Shown in pieces: positions 57,704 to 64,000 of a DNA stretch of 64,000 bases; within the stretch, counting starts at the first letter, position 1; every line of letters begins with the position of its first letter. The stretch comes from Bryobacteraceae bacterium (lineage in GTDB: Bacteria; Acidobacteriota; Terriglobia; Bryobacterales; Bryobacteraceae). Under the pieces are notes generated by a model. That model saw nothing but the letters and a program-made list of their open reading frames with translations, ran no database searches and was not told where the DNA came from. The position numbers and the translations under genes were made by a program. The stretch spans positions 10,939-74,938 of the forward strand of contig DATBEG010000127.1 of NCBI GenBank assembly GCA_036276155.1, given 5' to 3'.

Positions 57704-60139
57704 TTAGCGGACGGTTGCAACCAGCCCCTGAATGGGCTCGCGCCTATTTGGAGGCGCAATCGAAGATACGGAAGCCGTTGTTTCCGGCAGTAGTGTACTC
57801 ACGACGTGGCGCTGATGCCCAGCGTGTTCCAGATCGATGATCAGCTTGCCGTCGCTCTGAGTAATCGCAGTACCGCTCCAGGCTTCCAGCCCGTCGGACG
57901 CTTGGATACTCGACAGCTTCAGAAAGGGCCAACCATTGTCGAACGAGATATCGAACTCACCCGATATCTTGCTGAAATCGTCGTCGGGCGAAAGGCTGAC
58001 ATCGCTGCCGCTGAAGGTTCCGGTCGCACGCAGATTCTGCAAGGTGTCCGATCCCAGTCCGGCCGTCGCAAAGGAACCGTCTGCGCTGATGTTGCCGCCC
58101 CGCCATGGAAAGCCTGAGACCTGCGCCGTAAAACGTGACCGCGGAACATACGATGCGAGATTGACAGAGCCGCGGCCGCGTATGAACCCTTCGGGAAGCG
58201 CGATTTGTACTGGTGACAACTGCAGCTTCGCGCCTTGCCATACAAAATGCGTATTCATGGCGCCGAGTTGAGTGCCCGCGATCGAGAACGAGTCAACGGC
58301 AACATCGCCTTCCATGTTGCGCGCGGCCAGCCATTTCGGGATTTGGCGATTCGTCACACGCAAACGAGCCAACAAATTTTGCGGAGTTAGCGCCGGCTCC
58401 AACGCTTTTTCGAGATCGGAAAGATCCGCCGACCCGATATCGACGCGCAGCCGTTCGGTGCGCTTCGCGTTCTCCGTGTATCGATAACTTCCGTGGATGT
58501 CGCTATGGCCCAACTTCGACGAGAAACGGCTGATTTCTAAATCCGTGTTGTCGAATGCTACCTGCCCGTTTGCGGCCGTTAGCGGCATTGACATGCCCTG
58601 AAGCTGCAGAGTCGCATCGTTGAATGCAAGCTCGCCGGACCAGGCGGGCGTTGCGGGCGGTTGATGAACGTAGGTCAAACTGCCCCCAATCCGACCATCC
58701 TTTAAAACATCCAGACAGCCCGGAGCCCCGAACCACGCGCTTACGGCGCTCTTCAGAGCGGGAACCGAAAATCCCATTGCGTTGAGTTTTGCTACCGACT
58801 GCAAGCCGGAAAAGAAGTACTCGCCACCGGCTTGCAAGCTTCCTTCCGTGGTGTCGATTGATGTCCGATCGAAGCGAATGCGATCTGGAAAAATTGTGGC
58901 AGTCACCAGATTCGTGCGCAGCGGCGCCAGATCGGGAAGCGTCGCCGTCGCATTGCTGATGGACACAGTCCCATTGAGTCCTGAGCCGCTCGAATATCCT
59001 ATGTTGCCGTTAGCTTCACCTGTCAGCTTGAGGCCTTCCGGCAGCGACAGACCCATCCGGCGGCTGAGGGGCAGAAGCTTGTCTGCCGGGGCGTGATCGA
59101 GTTTCGCAACCAGCGACCAGTCCGGTCGCGTCAGGTAATTCCGCACATCCAGTTCCAGCACAATAGGTGATGCATCGCCCGAATGCGTTGTCGTATGGAC
59201 GCCGATATGATGCGCCGCCCAGTCCATCGTACCGTCGTACGCCACGCGCCAATCTTCACCGCTGGCGGGCATCAGATCCCACCGGTGAACGTCACCCAAT
59301 CGAACATCGCCGGTGATTTTCAATGCCGCGATGGGACCGCTCACGCGTGCATGACCGCTGATTGAGCCGTGGACGCCCGCGTCCTGTCCCTCGACCAGCG
59401 TTGTCAACTCACTGAGGTTGCTCGGATCAAGAGTCAAATCGGCCTGAAACTGGTTCGCGTCTTGTCCGGGTGCGTTGCGAGTCCACGTGGCACTGCCGCG
59501 GAAATGTCCGAAGCCATTACCTGCGCGATCGGTACGAGCCGGCGATCCTGAAAATTGCACTAAGAGTTTGCCGGAGCGCTCAGGGTAGATGCTCAAATCC
59601 GAGCCCAGTAGGTAAAAGGTCGTCTTCCGTTCGCCGAATTTGAAATCGATTCTGCCGTCGGAGACTTCGAACGTCGGAAACAGATTCAACGGCATCCGCC
59701 GCGGTGCGGTCAATCGTTGCACCAACTCGACAATGTTCCAGGTACCGTCGCTGCCCTGTACCAGGTTGAGTGCCGGGTCTTCCAACCGCAGACTCGCCAG
59801 GCGAATTTCACCGCGCAACAATTTATCGGGTCGTAACCGCGCGTCGAGATAAGGCACCCAGGCGAAAGGCTCAACCCCGTAGCGTGGATCCTCAGCAATG
59901 CTGACATTGTCGAGCACAAATCCCGGACCGGAAAACAACGTAAGATGCGCGCCGCTGAACTGGATTTTCCGCCCTAGCGAATCTTCGACACTGCGCTGAA
60001 TGGGGCCGCTGAAGCGAGTAGCGTCAATCCAGGGCGCGATGAGGCCTATGGCGACAACGACAGCGACAAGCGTCAGCAGAAAACCCCAGGCGTACCGGGC
60101 CGCCGAAGTTCGCTCTCGTGGCTCTGTCAAATTGTTCAA
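57704..60139 (-). CDS. AsmA family / TamB-like outer-membrane biogenesis protein
   Basis: An N-terminal TM anchor (YAWGFLLTLVAVVVAIGLIAPWI) is followed by the AsmA-type segment KIQFSGAHLTLFSGPGFVLDNVSIAEDP...GEIRLASLRLEDPALNLV and a long beta-rich region. I start it at TTG 60139 (or 60130). The rest of the 1103-aa ORF-track model is antisense to the HAD gene. Confidence 0.8.
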   Translation of the reverse strand: MNNLTEPRERTSAARYAWGFLLTLVAVVVAIGLIAPWIDATRFSGPIQRSVEDSLGRKIQFSGAHLTLFSGPGFVLDNVSIAEDPRYGVEPFAWVPYLDARLRPDKLLRGEIRLASLRLEDPALNLVQGSDGTWNIVELVQRLTAPRRMPLNLFPTFEVSDGRIDFKFGERKTTFYLLGSDLSIYPERSGKLLVQFSGSPARTDRAGNGFGHFRGSATWTRNAPGQDANQFQADLTLDPSNLSELTTLVEGQDAGVHGSISGHARVSGPIAALKITGDVRLGDVHRWDLMPASGEDWRVAYDGTMDWAAHHIGVHTTTHSGDASPIVLELDVRNYLTRPDWSLVAKLDHAPADKLLPLSRRMGLSLPEGLKLTGEANGNIGYSSGSGLNGTVSISNATATLPDLAPLRTNLVTATIFPDRIRFDRTSIDTTEGSLQAGGEYFFSGLQSVAKLNAMGFSVPALKSAVSAWFGAPGCLDVLKDGRIGGSLTYVHQPPATPAWSGELAFNDATLQLQGMSMPLTAANGQVAFDNTDLEISRFSSKLGHSDIHGSYRYTENAKRTERLRVDIGSADLSDLEKALEPALTPQNLLARLRVTNRQIPKWLAARNMEGDVAVDSFSIAGTQLGAMNTHFVWQGAKLQLSPVQIALPEGFIRGRGSVNLASYVPRSRFTAQVSGFPWRGGNISADGSFATAGLGSDTLQNLRATGTFSGSDVSLSPDDDFSKISGEFDISFDNGWPFLKLSSIQASDGLEAWSGTAITQSDGKLIIDLEHAGHQRHVVSTLLPETTASVSSIAPPNRREPIQGLVATVR

Positions 60140-60250
60140 GAGATCAGCAGCGGAGATGATGCCGCGTGCCCCGATTATAGCGTCGGAAGGCCATTTTTCG
60201 CCTTCGCGGACGCGCAGTCTTGAGAGGGATGCCGTGCTATTCTCGACCCC

Positions 60251-60925
60251 GTGAATGAAGGAAAGGACCAGAATCTGGCCCTCGTTTTCGATCTGGATGG
60301 CGTGCTGGTGCACTCTATGCCGCTTCACACGCTTGCCTGGGAGCTGTATCTCGAGAGCATGGGCATTCATATCGAGGATCTGGAGCGCCGCATGCACGGG
60401 AAGCGCAACTCCGAACTCGTGCGCGATCTGATCAATCCCGACCTTGCGGACGACGTCATCTTCGAGCACGGCGCCGCCAAAGAGCGGATGTTCCGCGAAA
60501 TGCTGCTCCAGGCCGAGCTTTCCACCTACCAGGTACCCGGTGTACAGCAATTCCTCCAGCGCCATCGAGACTGGCCTATGGCCGTAGGATCGAACGCGGA
60601 ACTTGCGAACATCGATTTCGTCCTTGACCGCTACCAGTTGCGCCCCTTTTTTCGCGTTATCGTCAATGGCATGCAGGTACAACGTCCGAAACCGTTTCCG
60701 GACATCTACTTGAATGCCGCGCAGCAATTGGGTGTGTCGCCCGAAAGGTGCATCGTCTTCGAAGATTCGCCTACCGGCGCAGAGGCGGGCCTTGCGGCAG
60801 GTATGCGCGTGGTTGGCGTAGAAACCACTCCAACCGAGTTTCACGGCATTCACCTGCTCATCAGGGATTTTCTCGATCCCCAACTCGAACCCTGGCTGGC
60901 AGCGCAACAATCCAGCCGCACTTGA
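60251..60925 (+). CDS. HAD-IA family hydrolase (beta-phosphoglucomutase-like)
   Basis: Motif I is LVFDLDGVLVHS. The helical cap region is present. Motif IV is IVFEDSPTGAEAGLAAGMRVVGV. Confidence 0.88.
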   Translation: MNEGKDQNLALVFDLDGVLVHSMPLHTLAWELYLESMGIHIEDLERRMHGKRNSELVRDLINPDLADDVIFEHGAAKERMFREMLLQAELSTYQVPGVQQFLQRHRDWPMAVGSNAELANIDFVLDRYQLRPFFRVIVNGMQVQRPKPFPDIYLNAAQQLGVSPERCIVFEDSPTGAEAGLAAGMRVVGVETTPTEFHGIHLLIRDFLDPQLEPWLAAQQSSRT

Positions 60926-60932
60926 CGTCGCA

Positions 60933-61424
60933 GTGACTATGACTCGTCGCCATCTTCTCTTTTTTGCATTGCTTGCATGCGCTGCAGTAGCAACGGCGCA
61001 GGAAAAAGGGCCCAAGCCGCCGCAGAAAGATCTTCCTTACTTGCTGGAAGCGAACAGGCTCATTCCCACCGATGCACAACCGGCTACGCGGTCGACCGCC
61101 AAAGACGACGTGACCATCACCGTTGCCGGCGTCACCTCCAAGGTGCGAACGCCGCTTCCCGAACCGATCTTCCTCTTTTCATCCGGGCAGATTGATCCAC
61201 AACAGTTCGAACTCATCCGTTTTCAGGTTTCCGATGGCGGCCGCCACTGGAAGAAGGGCCAACCGATTCAGCAGGGCGACGAACCCGATGAGCCGTTACG
61301 ACTAACGCTGAGCCCCAAGGGCGAAAAACTGTACCGTATCGAAGCGAGTCCCATGCTCGCTGCCGGCGAATACGCCATCATCGCCCGCGGTCAGAATACC
61401 GCGTTCTGCTTTACTGTGTTCTAG
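60933..61424 (+). CDS. Exported hypothetical protein
   Basis: 163 aa. The signal peptide is MTMTRRHLLFFALLACAAVATAQ. The remainder has a beta-rich composition and I recognise no motif. Confidence 0.6.
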   Translation: MTMTRRHLLFFALLACAAVATAQEKGPKPPQKDLPYLLEANRLIPTDAQPATRSTAKDDVTITVAGVTSKVRTPLPEPIFLFSSGQIDPQQFELIRFQVSDGGRHWKKGQPIQQGDEPDEPLRLTLSPKGEKLYRIEASPMLAAGEYAIIARGQNTAFCFTVF

Positions 61425-61432
61425 GCATTCTG

Positions 61433-61807
61433 ATGTTTACAGGCATTGAACACTTCGCTATCGCCTCTGCCAATCCGAAACGTCTTGCGGATTGGTACGT
61501 CGCGAATCTCGATTTCGAAATCACGTTCGAGTACGCCGGAAATTACTTCGTCGAAGCAAAGAACGGCGCGCTGATCGAAATCATCCCCGCCGAAGGTGAC
61601 GCGCCCGCAACTGGCATTCGCACGCCCGGCATGCGCCACATCGCTATATCTGTCGACGATTTCGACCGTGGCCTCGAGCAGCTCCGCCAGCAAGGTGTGA
61701 CGTTCGAAGGCGAACCATACGGGACGCAGGGAAACCGCCTCGCATTCTTCCGCGATATTGACAATAATCTCTTACACCTGATCCACAGAAGTAAGCCGCT
61801 AAAGTAG
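61433..61807 (+). CDS. VOC (glyoxalase/bleomycin resistance/dioxygenase) family protein
   Basis: 124 aa. Segments are GIEHFAIASANPKRLADWY, GMRHIAISVDDFD and FFRDIDNNLLHLI. Confidence 0.85.
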   Translation: MFTGIEHFAIASANPKRLADWYVANLDFEITFEYAGNYFVEAKNGALIEIIPAEGDAPATGIRTPGMRHIAISVDDFDRGLEQLRQQGVTFEGEPYGTQGNRLAFFRDIDNNLLHLIHRSKPLK

Positions 61808-61834
61808 GCCTCGTAATCCTTCATAGCCGTTACC

Positions 61835-63055
61835 GTGCTACAAAGAGCATTGCGGCAGCGGCTCTTCAAAGCTTTCGAATATCCAGATTTTCGTGTGATG
61901 TGGATCGGTGCCTGCATATCCACAGTCGGAACCTGGATGCAGATCCTGGCGCAAAGCTGGCTTGTGTACAGCCTTTCGAAATCTGCCGTCTATCTCGGAC
62001 TTGACGCGTTCTTCGGTCAGATTCCTATCTTCATGTTTTCGCTGTTCGGCGGAGTTTTTGCCGACCGCAGCAGCCGCCAGAAGTTGCTGTTGATGTCGCA
62101 GTTCATTCAGATGGCCTGCGCGTTCATCCTCACCGCGCTCGTTATCACCGGGCTGGTACAGGTTTGGCACATCTGGTGTCTCTCTTTCACGGTCGGCATC
62201 GCGCAATCCTTTGGTGGACCGGCCTATTCCGCGCTGATCCCGTCGCTTGTCGAAAAAAAGGATCTACAGAACGCGATCGCCTTGAATTCCATTCAGTTCA
62301 ATCTGGCTCGCGTTGTAGGCCCCGCATTAGGCGGAATCGCTTTAGCCAAACTCGGGGCAGCCTGGTGCTTCTCGCTCAATGGGATCTCTTACATCGCCGT
62401 CATCATCACGCTTCTGATGATTAAGCCCAAGTTCGTTCCGCAAGGCACTTCAGAGTCGATCATGGACAGCATGAAGGAGGGCATTAATTTCCTGCGCAGC
62501 CGCCAGGGCATGGTTGGGCTCGTGTTTCTCGCCTTTCTAATGACGCTGCTCTCTTACCCGCTAATCACGTTTCTGCCCGTCATGGCCACCACGGTGTTCC
62601 ACGGAGGCGCAAACACGTTCACGCTCTTCCTGTGTTTCTCGGGCGTTGGCTCCATCACTGGGGCTTTGGTGATCGCCGGAATGCAGGCTCATCCCGGACA
62701 GGCGAGGCGCTCGCTGCTGGTCATGTTACTGCTCGGATTGCTGATGTTCGGCTTCGGCCTCTCCAGACTGCTTCCGCTGAGCACAGCTCTGGTGTTTGGC
62801 GCAGGCGCGTGTCTCATGGTTGTCTTTGCACTGAACTCCTCGTTGGTGCAGTTGTACGTAGATGACAAGATGCGCGGCCGTGTAATGAGCGTTTATAACG
62901 TCGCGTTTCGCGGCGGCATGCCTCTTGGAAGCCTCATCTCGGGTTTCCTGATCAGGAGCATTTCCGCTCCTGCGATCATGGCCGCCAACGGCGTGCTGGT
63001 TATCTTTTTAGGCGCTTATTTTCTATTCGTGGAACGCAAGGTTGCGAAACTCTGA
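61835..63055 (+). CDS. MFS transporter (ENTS/MFS_3-like)
   Basis: 406 aa with about 12 helices. The N-terminal segment FEYPDFRVMWIGACISTVGTWMQILAQSWLVY is typical of this subfamily. It is a paralog type of the gene at 1727-2971. Confidence 0.85.
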   Translation: MLQRALRQRLFKAFEYPDFRVMWIGACISTVGTWMQILAQSWLVYSLSKSAVYLGLDAFFGQIPIFMFSLFGGVFADRSSRQKLLLMSQFIQMACAFILTALVITGLVQVWHIWCLSFTVGIAQSFGGPAYSALIPSLVEKKDLQNAIALNSIQFNLARVVGPALGGIALAKLGAAWCFSLNGISYIAVIITLLMIKPKFVPQGTSESIMDSMKEGINFLRSRQGMVGLVFLAFLMTLLSYPLITFLPVMATTVFHGGANTFTLFLCFSGVGSITGALVIAGMQAHPGQARRSLLVMLLLGLLMFGFGLSRLLPLSTALVFGAGACLMVVFALNSSLVQLYVDDKMRGRVMSVYNVAFRGGMPLGSLISGFLIRSISAPAIMAANGVLVIFLGAYFLFVERKVAKL

Positions 63056-63105
63056 CTCGGCACGGACGTCACTTCTAAAATGAAGCAAGTGCCGGAGAAT
63101 CAGAT

Positions 63106-63804
63106 TTGAAGCGTATTCTTGCCCTTTCCGCCAGCCTCTTAGTCGCATTCCTCTACTGCGCAGCCGCCGGCATCCCGACCAGCAACGATCTCTCCTACTC
63201 GAGAGATACCCAGGATCTGGACAAGCTCGATTCTTTCATCAGAGTCTTGCAGCAGAACAGCAACTCGGCCGAAATGCAGTATCGCCTTGCGCTTGCTTAT
63301 TCGTATGCAGCCGAAGTCGCCTTCGAGAAACACGATAAGCCCAAATCCGAAACTTACGCTGAGACCGGTTTAGCTGTGGCCCAGAAGATGGTGGACGCCA
63401 ATGGAAAGAATGCCTCCTATCATCAGCTTCTCGGCGAATTATGCGGGCAGGTGATTCCGGCCAATGTCCTGATGGGCACCATCAAGTACGGTAAGTGTGC
63501 GCGCGAAGAAATCAACACGGCTATTCAGCTCGATCCGAAATTAGCAATCGCCTATGTAAGCCGTGGCGTGGGGAATTACTATTTACCACCTCAGATGGGC
63601 GGTGGTCCGCAGCTCGCTATTGCAGATTTCGACAAAGCCATTCAGCTTGACCCCAATCTGGCTGACGCGTATATGTGGAAAGGGATCGCGCTACGCAAGC
63701 TGAATAAGGACGAGGAGGCGCATCAGGCGCTGTCGCGGGCTGTGCAGATAGATCCGAACCGTATCTGGGCCAAAGAACAACTCGCCAAGACCCCGGCTAA
63801 ATAG
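63106..63804 (+). CDS. Exported tetratricopeptide-repeat protein
   Basis: 232 aa with a signal peptide. TPR units include AIQLDPKLAIAYVSRGV, AIQLDPNLADAYMWKGIAL and AVQIDPNRIWA. Confidence 0.8.
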   Translation: MKRILALSASLLVAFLYCAAAGIPTSNDLSYSRDTQDLDKLDSFIRVLQQNSNSAEMQYRLALAYSYAAEVAFEKHDKPKSETYAETGLAVAQKMVDANGKNASYHQLLGELCGQVIPANVLMGTIKYGKCAREEINTAIQLDPKLAIAYVSRGVGNYYLPPQMGGGPQLAIADFDKAIQLDPNLADAYMWKGIALRKLNKDEEAHQALSRAVQIDPNRIWAKEQLAKTPAK

Positions 63805-63822
63805 ATGCCGCCGGCCAAATAA

Positions 63823-64000
63823 ATGCGTCGCCTTCTGCTACGTTTTGTGGGCGTAGCAGTTTGTACCTGGCTCGAATTCTCCGTTTTCCCCGGACATACA
63901 TTCCTGCAGGCTGGAACGCAACTCAGCGTTCCCATGCTGGAACGCCTGGCGAACCCCGGCTTCCTGTCGCGTGACCTTGTCGCCACGCATAGCGATCTGG
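63823..64000 (+). CDS. Hypothetical protein, 3' partial (runs off window)
   Basis: The ATG at 63823 opens a frame to the window end (MRRLLLRFVGVAVCTWLEFSVFPGHTFLQAGTQLSVPMLERLANPGFLSRDLVATHSDL). It is not in the ORF track because no stop is reached. I recognise no motif. Confidence 0.35.
   Translation, partial: MRRLLLRFVGVAVCTWLEFSVFPGHTFLQAGTQLSVPMLERLANPGFLSRDLVATHSDL

Overview
GC-rich bacterial chromosomal window. The gene content (many exported TldD/PmbA-like proteins, a beta-propeller sensor kinase, a Tad pilus locus) suggests Acidobacteriota, but that is a guess and not something I could test. I call about 50 protein-coding genes. They are tightly packed, and several pairs have 4-nt start/stop overlaps. 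I found no rRNA, tRNA, CRISPR array, transposase, integrase or prophage genes.

Layout:
- 1-5.1 kb: aspS (5' partial), an MFS transporter, lemA, recX and two small stress-type genes.
- 5.4-14.8 kb (minus strand): a Tad/Flp pilus locus ordered tadV, unknown 526-aa membrane protein, flp, cpaB, cpaC, cpaE/tadZ, cpaF, tadB, tadC.
- 15-22.8 kb: fumC, an S9 peptidase, an OPT peptide transporter and an S8 subtilase.
- 23-28.6 kb: a beta-propeller (Reg_prop/Y_Y_Y) sensor kinase translationally coupled to a REC-PAS-HK-REC hybrid kinase.
- 28.6-39.6 kb (one co-directional minus-strand block): uvrA, CPBP protease, mtnA, exported TldD-like, exported PmbA-like, fused LptF-LptG, NTF2-like protein.
- 39.7-43.9 kb: a ferritin-VIT1 fusion, an AhpD-like protein, an orphan protein with a CDF-type C-terminal domain, an APC permease and an HNH protein.
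- 43.9-64 kb: ppx, a hydrolase, tolC-like, carbamoyltransferase, gltX, rsmA, a double-GT2 glycosyltransferase, an AsmA-like/unknown/Slt envelope operon, HAD, VOC, MFS and TPR genes.

I did not find a clear-cut new multi-gene system. The candidates most worth follow-up are:
1. The GT-C-like polytopic membrane protein wedged between the prepilin peptidase and the single flp gene.
2. A perfectly 18-nt-periodic Trp-containing hexapeptide repeat tail on the S8 protease.
3. The exported TldD/PmbA pair apparently co-transcribed with a fused LptFG permease.
4. The orphan soluble protein carrying a cation-efflux C-terminal domain, next to the ferritin-VIT1 gene.

Several ORF-track models also need start-site corrections: flp, rsmA, the hydrolase, the AsmA-like gene and slt.
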